From the NCBI GenBank assembly GCA_965112735.1, contig OZ218965.1, forward strand, positions 1,674,001 to 1,738,000: DNA of 64,000 nucleotides. The letters run 5' to 3'. The notes under the pieces were generated by a model. It did no database searches. It was not told the DNA's origin and saw only the letters and a program-made list of their open reading frames with translations. This DNA is from Phaeosaccion multiseriatum (lineage: Eukaryota > Protista > Ochrophyta, other classes). Below are positions 23,071-35,591 of the stretch, one piece after another. How positions within the stretch are numbered: position 1 is the stretch's first letter; every line of letters begins with the position of its first letter. A program made the position numbers and the translations under genes.

Positions 23071-25272
23071 TTTCGTTCCCTTGCACGTACGACGGAGCGA
23101 GCGAGGGCGGAGGATTGCTGCCGGTGCTTGACAGCAGCTCACTCGGGAGTCGTGGTCGTCTTATCGCTTGCGGCTTCGTTGTGGGCGAGGTTGTTTGACT
23201 GCCGCACGGGACTGTACTCGCCGGTCGTGGTCATTTGAGAGCAAGTGCTGGAGATGGGGGATGGATTGGCAACGCTATGGATACCGATTCACCTCTTTTG
23301 TCAAGAGTGGAGCAGCTGTGAGTGTTCTTGCCCGCCCCTGCCTCGCCTCAGCCGAGAAGAGCTTTGACTCAAGGGGAGGGCGAGATGGGTGACGAGAGAA
23401 AGGGAGGCTGTGTGGAAGGGAAGACAGGAGGCTTCATCTGGAAGAAGAAGAAGAAGAAGAGCAAGAAGAAGAAGAGAAGGGTGCCGTGCAGAATGAATCC
23501 GGAGCGGCGCACCACGCGGGCAAGCATACAGCGGTGAGAAATGGATGAATGCGATGGAGGGCCTCTCCTCCTTACACGGCGTGCCTCTCAGCAAAGTGCA
23601 TGTGCGCGCGCGTGGAGTAAGAGGGAGCCCTCTCGCTCAACTTGACTCGTGGGTGCGTGCGTGTGCCCTTCGGCTCCATTGCTGCTTGCCCTGACACCCC
23701 CCGGCACACCCCAAGCCTCGGCCAAGCCTCTACCAGTGAAGCAGCAGATGGCAGGTGGATCCAGAGCTGAAGAGAGAGAGAGAGGAGGTTTCTCACACTA
23801 AGCACCTACCAGTGAAACAAAAGACTACAGGTAGATCCAGAGCTGAAGAGAGAGAGAGAGAGAGAGAGAAGAGAGGAGATTGGTCACTCGAAGAGAGGAG
23901 TGCTATCGTAATAAACTCTGTATTTTTTTGGTTCTTTACACTACTGAGTGAATCAGTTCTTTACACTACTGCACGAATCAGCCTCTGGTTGGGTTGGTTA
24001 CGGGGGCAGGCCCGCAGCAGCCTGTGCAGCTGCGTGGACCTCGCCCCCCCTCCTCCAACAATATTATACTCACCCCTTTTTTCCTCCTTCTACACTTACT
24101 TCCATACCCAATACGCGTACTCTAAAAGCGCAAGCAATAGAGCGGTGGTTGACTTAACTCCGCCCTCTCTCTTTGCTTGACGCTTGACTCGCTGCTGCTC
24201 CTCGCCCCCGCCCCCCCCGATATTTAACTCAGTACGTCTACTAATGAATACATCATAAAACTACAAACTTAACCATACTTAACATGTATACCTACTATAC
24301 CACACAGAGCGCGTGTCTCGTATGTGGCGGTCCTCCTTCCCGCCTTTTCCTTGTTGAACTCGACCAGTCGCCGATCGATCCAGAGTGTGCCGCAAAGCAA
24401 CGCACGTAGAAGAGAAGAGAGAAGGAGGAGGAGGGCGACTCGGAGAGCCTCGGACCCGAAGGTCCTTCCCTCTCTTCGCTCTCCACTCGGGCTGCCACGC
24501 ATTCACGCGAAACCGCCACCCCTCTCCCGCGCCTCCTCTCGCGAGTTGAACATTCGATGCAGGCCGTACCGAGGAATCCCCCCCCCCCCAGCCATCCAAT
24601 AGTGGGGGACGCGGTGTCGACTCGGTAGTAGCTCTTGGCCTTACTGTCGCGGCGCCGCCTCAGAGCTCCAGCTCGAACACTTCCTCCGGTCCACCAGTTG
24701 AAGGTGCACCAGGCGCTGAGGTGGAGCACCTGCTGCTGTTCTTGGCCGCGGCCATGGAGTGGAAGATGTGATCGTCCTCCTCGAGAAACACGCGGCGTAG
24801 CTCCGGAAGTGTGATCCGCTGCAGCTGCGAGGAGGGCAGGCGGGAGCTCACCACCCTAAGAAACATGAGAAACCCACACTGCTCTTGCTCCCGCCGCAGG
24901 GATTCCTCCTCGATCAATCTCTGCTTCTCTTCCGGAATGGACCAAGCCGAGCTTCCCGTGCTCGAGGGCAGCCCCCCCCTTCTCGCCCCGCGAGGCACCT
25001 TGACCGAAGGCGACCGTGGCGAAGGTGAGAGTGCCATGACTGTGGCGCGGGAACAAACGAGGTCAAAGCGTTCGCTTTACTTTTGCCCGCCGGTTCGGCC
25101 CTGCTCACTGCTCCGCTGCTCCTGCGTCGCTAAATAGGTGTATAGCCCTCCGTCCCTGTGATCTCTAGCGTGCTCGTTGGCTCTCAATGCTCTGTACCCA
25201 TGAAAACGATGAGGGTGAATCGAAGAGCTGGCACGTGCAAATGCCCGTATACCCCTAACTTTTCCATATGAC
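21666..25272 (+). repeat. Segmental duplication copy 2 (~3.6 kb)
   Basis: Direct repeat of 15625-19138 with scattered substitutions and indels. Confidence 0.95.
24660..25201 (-). pseudogene. Hypothetical gene copy 2; putative first exon frameshifted differently
   Basis: ORF 25037-24660. The ATG at 25201 reaches TGA after 5 codons because of a 2-nt insertion. Confidence 0.35.
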
Positions 25273-25339
25273 TGTAATTTGGAAAACGAGCGAAGCGAAT
25301 TTTGCGTCGAATAGTAAAATCGGGGGTCAAGACATTAAA

Positions 25340-26765
25340 ATGGCCTCAGCAGCAGAGACAGGGGCTCCTGTCGAGGAGAGGAGCTGGGTAGACGAGAGCC
25401 TCAGCAGGTTCGTACTCTTCGTGCTGCGCTACCCTGCTGCTGCTGCTGGTGCTGCTGCTGCTATGGGGGGAGGACCGAATATTATATTCGTGACAGACAT
25501 AGTATCCCTCTGTCTCCCCCCCCCCCTTCTCAGATATGGCAACCCTCGCCGCTTCTTCGGCGGGGGAGGAGGACCCTCTGCGCCCGCTCGTAAACTCGTC
25601 GAGGAGAGAGTGCTCGACGAAGGCACGGAAAACTGCCAACTACGCGGTAAGACTCTCTCTCTCTCTCTCTCTCTCTCTCTTAGTATCGACTGCAGCATCG
25701 ACGAATGCCCCCTCACAGTTTTCCCCTTTCCTCCTGCTCCTATGTTTTCCCAGTGTATCTTTCCAAGGAGTACGCTTTCTGGTAAGCCCGCATTCTGACC
25801 CACTCTTGGCGAGGGTGGGGCATGAATCTCTGGATGCTAACGGCCGGTTGGTGTCTGGATGGTATCCCTCCCTGCCTAACTTTCCTGTCTGCGTGGCGCT
25901 TATACCCGTCAATGGGGTGTAACACGTCGAGCTGTGCCGGTCTGCCGAGCTCCCGCCGAGGGGGAAGTCTTTGGATGCTACTGTGTGCCTTGAAGAAGAC
26001 AAGTGTCTATCCTCGTTTTTATGCCCATGATGCCCTATCTAGGGCTACTTGTGTCTGCCTGACAAAGGTAATCAGCACCCCATCAGTTAAATGAAGGCTG
26101 TGCTTGTCTCCCCCCCGCCTGCTCCGGTACATACGCAGGCACAAGTTCACCCTCGATTTCGAGTTCGCAAAGGCTGACGTGGAGGGAGAGGGAGAGAAGA
26201 CGGTCTTCACATTAGTCTTTGACAGGTACTACTTATTGCTAGCGGTAGGGAACGGAACTGGAGGCTGCGCGCGTGGTGCAAGGCGTGCCGTTCTCTTGTG
26301 CCTGATAAGAGTCGCTCCCTCCTCCTCCTTCACTTGTTGAGCCAATCGCCTCTCCCCCCCACCCCCCACCCCTTTCACACTACACACTCTTTCCTCGCTT
26401 GGCGCTCAGCTGGCGGAGCGAGCTGACAGTGAAGGAGGACGGCGAAGTCAAGTATGAGGAGCTGCAAAAGTGAGTCGCCAAGGGATGTGTGGCCGCCACT
26501 GGGAGGCACGTGCGAAAGGGATAGAGTACACACCCTTCTTTCTTTTCCATTCGCTACTCGGTGCAGATTGTGAGGCACGCCATTGTGTACTCATGCCCCG
26601 CACGCACGCGCGCACGCACGTACTTCTCACAGGCCCTTTATCGGAGGAACATGGACCGCGGAAACCAAGTTCGGTCAAGTTATCGCAAAGATTACGCCCG
26701 GGTTCCTGAACAACGAGTACACGCTGGACATGGGGGGTAAGCAAATCTTCATCACTTACCTGTAG
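25340..26765 (+). CDS. Small hypothetical beta-rich protein, about 6 exons
   Basis: GT-AG exon chain MASAAETG...|YGNPRRFF...|VYLSKEYAFW|HKFTLDFEF...FTLVFD|WRSELTVKEDG...|PFIGGTWTAETKFG...NEYTLDMGGKQIFITYL*. Confidence 0.6.
25872..25955 (-). pseudogene. Diverged copy of part of a PPD7-like exon plus its donor site, inside an intron
   Basis: RELGRPAQLDVLHPIDGYKRHADRK|gttagg versus RELGRSAQLDVLYPIDGYKRHVDRQ|gtgagg at about 14030-14112. Confidence 0.8.
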
Positions 26766-27744
26766 CCTGAAGCGCAGCCTTGGGAGGGGGGTTGAGGGGA
26801 GGGGAGGGCATGCAGGAAGAGGCAGGTCTACAGAGCCTCGAACTCTTCGAGTGCCCAAGGACGAGACGCGACAGCGTGGGGCAGGCAAGCTTGCGGCGCC
26901 TTTTATCGTCCATCGAAAGGGGACAAAGGGAGCTCGATGCGGAGATGGACCCTACGGAGGGCAGTGCGGGGGCAACCATCAGCACAGGCACAGGTATACA
27001 GGTATACATACACCTGTGGTGGTGCTGATGCTGCTGTGTCTATGGCCCGTGTGGATTAGAGAGACATGTGTGCGTGCCGTCTGTCTGAGCGCCCCCACAG
27101 AAGGGCCTTGACGCCTCTTTTGCGTGCGTGCAGCGCTCTGCCACACGCCCCAGGCCTACATAGTGCTCGACTCCGGCTTTTGTTCGCGCATCGGCACCGG
27201 TGGGTGAGCTCGCTGCCCTGCACACTTTCTCTGGGCCCTCCAAGGAGGCAGCCGCACATGCACAGCGCGGAGCAAGGGAAGCTGCGTTGCCCCCAGCCTC
27301 CACCGGAAATAGCAGCCAGCCGCTGCATGGAGGGAGCAACCACTCACTCCTGGCAGTGCTCTCGCCACTGCCTACACAGACCCAATAAGGAAGAGTGGCT
27401 GAGCCAGACCTCTACGCATATGTTTTTCCCAGTTATGTAATGGAGCTGTTTGTGCTCAACGAAGTGCCGTCCAAGCACAAAAGGCTTTGGGAGGAATAGA
27501 ATAGAAAAAGCAAAAGCAAAAACGGATTCGTCTCCTCCCCTACTCCAGGCCGGCAGGTCTAAATCCATCCTCCTGCTCCTCCTTGTGCCCAACACTAGCG
27601 CCCCCCCCGTCACAGCCTTCTCCTCCACCTCGTTCTCGTCATCGCCGTAAGTTGTTGCTACTCTTGCGCCTCTCTACACCCACCCCAACTCTGTCTTGTC
27701 TGTCTCCGTCGCCTACATGACTCTCTCTCTCTCTCTTCTCTCTC

Positions 27745-29213
27745 TCATGTCTCCATGCTGGTCGCGCCGCCCGCTGCCTCCTTCTCTGCCGCGTATTTGT
27801 TGTGCAGGTCCTGCACGTCAATAGCCGACACCTTGACCCATCCCGTGGGCTTGACCAGGTACACGTTGTTGATGCCTCCCGAGTACGCGTCTCGGTGCGT
27901 GGCGTGGTAGATGGCCCGCTGCCCCAGGTCAATGGCCTCCTCGTCCGTCATGTCGTGCTTGTAGTGTGAGTCCAACACTCCGTATGCGTAGGTGGAGCCC
28001 GAGCCTACGCTAAAGAGGTTTCCGTGCAGCCTCGTTCCGTCATCGTCCACATAGTAGAGATTTGGTCCCGTCTTATCCCACCCCGCCACCTGCCGCCAAA
28101 ACATAGAGAGAGAGAGAGAGAGCAGATGAGGGAGCAATACATGACGCGAATTCCTTGTGCACCACCGTAGCGAAGCGGCAAAGGCGAGCAAAGAAGGACA
28201 AGACACAGACATACCCCGCCACACCCGACAACGCACCATGGTGCCCATGCTGAGTCCGTAGCCCCTGTATTGCTGCATGGTGTTGGCCAGCAGCTTGGAG
28301 GCAGCCGCCACGGAGATGCGCTCCTTGTTGCGCAGCTCGTACAGCCGGCATTGGGTGCCCAAGTTTCGCTCCCAGAAGGAGCAGTCCGCCGCCCCCCCTG
28401 CCATGGTGCCCAGGAGGTAGGGGTTGATCTCGATAATCTTCTTCACCGTGCCGGACGCAATGTACGGGCCCATGGTGGAGCGAGAGTCCACAGACACGAT
28501 AATGCCGCCTTGGAACTGTCAGCAGCACAGCAGAGGGTTGGGTTGGGAGGGGCGAGTCAGAAACCAGCTGCCGGGTTTGAGATACTATGGGACAGTAGCT
28601 GAGCGCTCCCCCGAAGAGTCTCTGTCATCCTTCTCATGGTTGTGCCTCGCGAGGAACTCAGCAGCTTCTCTGTCGCAAAGCGCCTACATCTCCAATGCTT
28701 GGCTCTAAACTACATTGCATCTCAAGGCCGTACGCCTCCTCCACTGCGGATCACCTTTCCCCCCTCTTACCTTGAACGCCAGGGTTGTGGTACCCTTGGC
28801 GAACTTAATGTCCTGCGCGTGGTCCGTGCCGTACCCGCAGCCAAAGTTGTTTCTGCAGAATGCCGCGGGCTGTGAGACACAAGAGAGGCACAGATACAAG
28901 ACGAGTTAGCAGCACGTAGTAATAGGGGCCAGAAATGCATCTGCTGCTCCTGGGGAGAGTCTCCATCTCGTGCCATGTTCGCTCCCCCTCTTCACCGCCT
29001 ACTTCCTGACCTCCCCCGCGGATGCCGCTACCCACTTACGTCGCTAACGTTGGGAAGCGCAAACGCTGCTGGATCCCCTGCCATGCTAAATCCACAGTTC
29101 CCTCCCCCCAGTCCCCCGTCGGCAGCCATGTTGGTCGTGGCACTAGCCGATCCCCTCTTGGTGCCCAAGGAGAGAATGTCCTCGCCAATCGCGAAGCCCT
29201 CCATCGCCGCCAT
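27745..29213 (-). CDS. PSMB5: 20S proteasome subunit beta type-5, 4 exons
   Basis: Propeptide followed by [25 protein letters not shown]; [15 protein letters not shown]; [10 protein letters not shown]; [11 protein letters not shown]. Confidence 0.97.
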
Positions 29214-29546
29214 CGCGACTCCCCGGCCCCCTTCTACTTTTCCTATTCAGCAACTGATCTTCACGCAAAGCTGTCGTCTGAGCTCTGGCTTATTCCTTAA
29301 TCTATATCGAACTGTTTCTCACAAGTTCTCCGTGTCGCCTTGCTTACGATAGGGCCTTGCATAGGACAGGGCCCGGCCCTTCAGATTAGATATAAAGACA
29401 CGCTGATAAATACAGCGGCAGCAGCAACAGCAGCAGCAGAGGACTTCAACAGAGTCAGGGCTGTCAAAACAGCAGCAGTGCAAGGCCCCGGGAGTAAGAA
29501 AATTTTCCAATCTTCAATCTGCTTCCAATCTTCCCGGTTTTCAATA

Positions 29547-30152
29547 ATGAAGCGCTTATCTTCGAGGAGGAAGCGCTTGCCTTTGTCCCTCTTCTTTTTC
29601 GCACTGGTGGTGCCATCTGCCTGGTCCTTCCTGATGCCAGTCAGCAGAGTACCTGCGGTGCGAAGCCATTCCGTACGCTGCCGGCAGTCGCTGTTCTCCG
29701 AGGGACAGGAAGGCAAGAGTGTTGAAGACCTCTTGAGGCAAAGAAAGCTGGAGAAGCTCGAGGGGACGGGAGCGGATGCCTATGTGACTGACGACGATCC
29801 AGAGGAGCCCCGGGAGGGCGCGGGGCCAAAGGTTGAGCTGCCAGACCTAAAGACGTACATGGAGAGCGGCAACAGGCCAAGGCCCGCCAGAGACGTGATG
29901 AGCGGGGAAAAACCAGCGGCAGGGGGAGGCGGGGAACAGCAAGACGAAAGCACCGGCGTGAGATCTTTTGTGCGACAGTTGCGGAGAATTAGCACGGAGC
30001 CACCAAGGTCCAGCGACAGGTTCGACAGCAGCTGGGGCAGGATCGTGAAGGAGAGCGTCTATTACTGCTGTGGTTTCCTCGTCCTCTGGGAGCTCTACAT
30101 CAACTCGCCGTTCTTTGAACGGGCGGGCACTCCACCCCCATTTGTCTTCTGA
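29547..30152 (+). CDS. Intronless plastid-targeted membrane protein of unknown function
   Basis: Signal LSLFFFALVVPSAWS-F followed by a Ser/Arg-rich transit peptide; C-terminal TM segment with LWELYINSPFFERA. Confidence 0.7.
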   Translation: MKRLSSRRKRLPLSLFFFALVVPSAWSFLMPVSRVPAVRSHSVRCRQSLFSEGQEGKSVEDLLRQRKLEKLEGTGADAYVTDDDPEEPREGAGPKVELPDLKTYMESGNRPRPARDVMSGEKPAAGGGGEQQDESTGVRSFVRQLRRISTEPPRSSDRFDSSWGRIVKESVYYCCGFLVLWELYINSPFFERAGTPPPFVF

Positions 30153-30894
30153 TGTGCCTATCCGCGTTCTCGCGTCGGGCTTACGGGAGACCTCATTCAT
30201 GTTCATATTGCGGTCTCGCAAAGTGAGTACAGCGGGGTAGGGGTGAATCGTGTTGGCCCTTCACTCTCTTGTACAGGGGCAGGCGTGTACTCGTGCACAT
30301 ATGCACGAGTAGCAAAGCTACGAGTCGCACAGAATGTATTATTGTAGGTATTTTGGGGTAACGGATGGAGGAGGAGGAGGAGGAGTAAGTATTCAGGGAG
30401 AGAATGAAGGGAGGAAGCGGCAGGACTTAGACAGGCTGCTGAGACAGGCTGAGCAAGATAGCACACATTTAGAGTACTTTTTATACTTTTTATATATCGT
30501 AATGCATCGGGGTTCCTGCCTTGGTCCTTTTGTAGCATTTCCACGCCGATAGGAGGGGTGTGGCTCAGGATGGAGCTTGGATCTTCTCCCTGTCGCCCGA
30601 CCCCCACCCCTACTCGCTGTGCTAATAGTGCTGGCCTGCTGACAGGCAGCTGGCTCGACCCCTGACGTGCGCGCACCAGTAGCATAGCATAGAGAAAAAG
30701 CCTGCCGATGTCAGGGGTGGTATTACACCCTTAAGTGCCATCTATGGTTGTCTAAAAGTAATGGCTCACAGTCCCGGGGAACTTAGTCCCCGAGGTCGCA
30801 GCTTCTCCAGCTCTCCATTCAACCATCCTCGCTTTCGTCCTCGGCCGAAGCACTCTGCGTGTGGTGAACGGCGAAGAATCAGAACCAGAACATC

Positions 30895-32322
30895 ATGCAC
30901 GGTCGAAAGAAGTCGGATCTGCCGCAGACGGCGGAGGCCAAGGCGCAGCTGGCAGCCAAGACGGCCAACTACAATAAGGTGCTTCACGCGTGTCTCAAGG
31001 AGAGGAGAGCGAAGCACAACCAGCGTCTGCAGCAGGAGCAGGGACAGCGGGAGGAAGAAGAGGGAAAGACAGAGTTGGGTGTAGAAGGAGGAACCGATCC
31101 CTCTGTGGTCGGGGCAGTTGCAAATGGGGCACCGGAGGAGGCGGCAGCAGAGAGCAGTAGTGGAAAGGGGGGCTTACAAGAGGAGGACGCGGACGCGGAG
31201 CAGCAGCAGCGGCAGCAGCGGCAGGAACAGCAGATGGGGCTGCTGGGGAAAGTACTACGGATCAACCCAGACGTGTACACTCTGTGGAACTTACGGAGGG
31301 AGATTCTGTGCGAGCAGCCGCACGCCGCGGAGACGCTAGACACCGAGCTGGGATTGACGGTCGACGCCATCAAGCGCAATCCCAAGTCATACCCGTCGTG
31401 GTACCACCGTCGCTGGATGCTGGAGCGCACAGCCTCTCTCTGCGAGTCCGGTAAGATGGAGAACCATGCAAGCGTGTTCAAGGCCGAGTTGGGACTTTGT
31501 GAGAGTTTTCTTCAGATGGACGGGCGCAACTTCCACTGCTGGAGCTATCGACAATGGGTGGTCGAGCAGCTGCCGCTGTCCGCCGAGGATGACTTTGCCT
31601 TCCTCACGGCCAAGATTGAGCAGAACTTTAGCAACTACAGCGCCTTCCACTACCGGAGCAAGCTGCTGCCCCGCCTCGTGAGTCCGCACGGCCGGAGAGA
31701 CAAGTGGGGCCTGCTGCGTGAGGAGCTGGACATGTGCCACCAAGCCATGTACACAGAGCCTTCCGATCAGAGCGTGTGGTGGTACCACAACTTTCTGGTG
31801 CGCTGGCCCGGGGCGGATGAGGGAGGTGAGTTTTTGAGCTCTTGAGTGAGGGAACGTGGTGAGGGAGGGAAGGAAGGAGGGAGCAGGGGAGAAACGAGGG
31901 ACGGAGGAACGTCCTGAAGCGTGTGTGCTTTATTTACTGAAACTCACGGTTACACTTCGTGCCCGTCTCTCCTTCTATCTCGATTATTGTTAGCGAGTGA
32001 GAGGTATCTGGAGCTGTTGGAGGGAGAGGCCGCCACCATCAGAGAGCTGCTCGAGGTTGAAGAGGACTGCAAGTGGGCCATGGTCACGCTGTTATCACTA
32101 TTGCAGCTCAGGCAGACGGTGGCACAGGGGGGAGGGAGGAAAGCAGCAGCACCACCACCAGCAGCAGCAGCAGGAGTAGGAGGAGGAGAGGAGCAGCAGG
32201 GTAGGCAAGAGCAATCGCAGCCAGAGGGCGAGTCAGCAGCGAATAGGGAAGTTGAGCGGTTAAGAGAGGGGCTGATGAGCGTGGACCCCATGCACATCAA
32301 CTATTACAAGGCGCTGACTTAA
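30895..32322 (+). CDS. RABGGTA: Rab geranylgeranyltransferase type II alpha subunit, 2 exons
   Basis: MHGRKK start; PPTA repeats NPDVYTLWNLRR, NPKSYPSWYHRRW, DGRNFHCWSYR, NFSNYSAFHYR, EPSDQSVWWY; C-terminal VDPMHINYY. Confidence 0.93.
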
Positions 32323-32630
32323 CATCTCTACTCTAATTTTCTATTGTTGAAGGGTTTGATGTTGTGGTGTTGACGGCCTTCTTCAGTCTCTGCTGGTGGC
32401 AGCTCCGTTTGGAGAAAGAGATCAGGGCCGTGCCGTAGAAGGACTATCCATTGCCTCGTGTTCGTCTTCGTTTCCCCCCTCCTTCCTCCCGTCTCCTGAA
32501 TTGCCTGACAAACAGCCGCTCCCTTGCGTCCACCGCGGAGAGACGAGTAGCAGGTCATAAGTCCTTTTGCTAATGGTGACTCCTCCACCCCGGCTTAAAG
32601 CCCCCAAAGCACTGAGTGCCCTTAAGCTAC

Positions 32631-34602
32631 TCACAGCTCACCCTCCTCCTTCTCCTCCACAGCGTGCCCTTCTTCCGCGTCACCCCCTTCGATCTGGCTG
32701 ACGTGGGAGAGGTAGCCCCCCCACAGGATGGACATGAAGGAATTGTACAAGGGGCGCTTGTCCGCAGGCACCCTGAGGTACAGCCACGTGTCGTACAGAG
32801 GCCATACTTGCAGAGAGCGCAGCTGGGTGCTGTGACATCATTCAATCAGTCGAGCAGAACAAAGGTGGAATGGTCAGCGGCTTAGGAGGAGGGGCAAGAG
32901 GACGAAGACGAGGACGACGACGAGGAGGAGGAGGAACCGAGAAAGAAAAGCAATGAGGGCTCCATCTTCATTCCTAAGGGGGTGAGGGGCACTCTCTCTT
33001 GGCAATGCAGCCCGGGCACCCCACTGCTTGGCCAAAACAAGAGTGTTTCATTCCACTCGATAAGATCACGATGAGAAGATCAGCCAGTACATGAGCAATC
33101 TTCACGACCATGGATACTTACAGGATGAAGGTCTTGCGGAACTTGACCTTGAGCTGGTCCCACGTGCCGCCCGCCATGAGGTTCGTGAGGGCGATCATGG
33201 ACGAGATCTTGTACACGCCCACGGTAGGCCACTCGATCCAGTACTTGGTCATCGCCACACCCAGCTGCACACCCACCATGATGATATGCGATAGGTATTC
33301 ACAGACACAGAGAGGAGATGAGTGGGCGTCCACAGAGGACACAGAGACAGACATCCATAGCACATCGGTGGAGGTGAAAGAGTAGAGCCAAACAGTGCGC
33401 AGGACGGGGTTGGGAGGAGACAAGAAAGCACGAGCAAGCGGTGGTGGTTCTAGCCTCCTATTGCGACATTCCGTCGAACGAGAGGGAGGGAGCGTGGAGT
33501 TCCCAACCTGTCCTCTAACGTACCTGGTACTTGTTGCCAGAAGGAGGACCCCACACCTTCGGGTTGTTGTTGAACTTGTGATACGGGAACCTGTGTGGAT
33601 GGTGCATTGAGGCACATTTACAGTGTAAGCAGGAGGGCGAAGAGCTGAGGGGAGGGCAGTAGCAGGAGGCGCAAGTACACAACCCCCAGCCCACTCAAGT
33701 TCGCCCCACCTCACCTCTTGTCAATCCACTTGTAGTACTCAAAGTGGAGGATTCCATTATTCAACATTCCAATGAGACCGCTGCGCACCATTCGCCGTAG
33801 CTTGATGCCCACTTCCTTCTGCCACCCCTGCTCCAGAACCTGAGGGAAGGAGAGAGGGAGAGTGCGAGGATGGCGGTAAGTGTGGCCCAGAGAGTTGGGC
33901 GATAGCGTGTACCTGCACTGGGGGATTAGAGAGAGAGAGAGAGCTCCCCCCCCCCCCCCTCTCACAGCAGTAGACGTAGTACCTGGAAGAGGGCATCGCC
34001 GCTGAAGAGGAGCACGAAGCCCTGTACAGCGTTAAACAGTCGTGGGAACTGCTTTAGGAGAGGCGTGCAGCTGATGGCCAGCAAGTCGGCAGCGAAGAGG
34101 CCCAAGGCTCCCCCCACCGCAGCCAGGGGCGACATCTTCAAGCCGCCGCTCACGGGGTGCTTCCTGGTGGGCAAGTCCACCGCTCGGCAGCTCTCGCCGA
34201 TGGTGGCATCCAGGAACTGAGAACAAGAGAAAGATGGGAGAACGTCCAAAGTCGACAGCTTCAGTGCTGCGGCCTTGAGCACACAGCGAGAGTGGCAGCA
34301 TCGCGTACCTGGTACTTGTATTTACACGCCCCAACCGGCTCACAGCGACTGCGTCGCCAGGACCAGCGGCAGTCATCGTTGCTCGACACCGTCAGGCTCT
34401 TGCCCAAGTCCTCCGCCGCTCCAGTGGCAAGGGCAGGTGCGTCTTCTGCTGCTCCGTCTAGTGCATCGTGGAATTGCTCCTCAGCCTCTTCAGAGTCTGC
34501 CGCTACAACATGTGGTGATTGACAAAGCACTGCCAGAAGCACCAATGCCAGGGGAAAAAGGGATAAAAAGCGACCCACCCCTGTCCCTCCACCCCGGCCC
34601 AT
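32631..34602 (-). CDS. Mpv17/PMP22-family membrane protein with N-terminal signal peptide and Cys module, multi-exon
   Basis: GFVLLFSGDALFQ; LRRMVRSGLIG...HFEYYKWIDKRFP; SLQVWPLYD...VPADKRPLYNSFMSILWGGYLSHV; 3' end uncertain. Confidence 0.75.
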
Positions 34603-35591
34603 CTTAGGGGCTCTCGTGCTCTACCGCTCCTTGCTTTCTCGCGCTTCCCTCAAGCTTAGATTCCCAGAAGCAAGCGCGAACAGCAGCAATCCAACCAAAA
34701 TAAAGAGGGCCCGCTGCTTGCTAAGAGTAATATATCCATAGGATTTCAAATCCCCAGGGGTGGAGAAGGGGGAGCTGTGGTCCTAGCTCAGTTTTGTGAG
34801 GAAGAGAGGTACGTGAAATGGAGGAGGAGTGGAGAGATGCTTTTGATTGGAGTGGAGAGAAGATATGTGTGTACGTGTGTGCACTGCTGCTGGCGAACGC
34901 TAGAGGAGAGGAAAGGGCGAAGTATTGGGATCGTCCTCGGAGGAGGAGACAGGAGAGGGAAAGACGCAGCCCTGAAGCATCAGCAGAGAGCACGGGATGC
35001 GAGAGGCTCAATAATATGCTCCGTCTATTACGGATGCTGAGGCAGGGGTCTGTGGGAGGCGTGCTTCGCCTTTTGAGGGAAGGCCATTCATCCAGGAAGG
35101 GAGAAGTGCCCAAAGACCAAGCAGCCTTGCATTGCTGGGGGTTGGCGAGCCAATAGGAGCTGTAGCAACACGCCATGGTCTTTGCAGGAACGTGCGGGGT
35201 GGGGAGGGGTGGCGTGTCATATCCATGGAGCCCTGATGATCGTGGTCGGCAGCACAGAGGATTGACTGCTCGGGCCGCGCCACTGGGCCCGAGGCTGCTG
35301 CAGATAGATGATGACGCGAGTTTGCAGCTTCTGGGGGTGCTTCTATGCTGCGTTCAGCAACGCTATCGAGGACCTTCGCTTTGCACATCAGTGAGGTGTT
35401 CGTTTTGCACCAGTTGGCTGTGGGTGAAGAAGCATGGAGCTGTCTCTAGGATGTAGGGGGAGGGCAGCGCTCTGCCACCGGCAACTCCACCGTGAGAACG
35501 CCTTTACTCAACCCACACCCACGTCCCCCCCTCGGTCTCTCCGTATGCGTCCTTGCACCCCCCCCCCCACCCCCACCAAACAGCCTTCATC

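Noticed and set aside
34721-35456. Short ORFs between the Mpv17-like gene and RPL4
   Set aside because: No recognisable motif or convincing splice chain.
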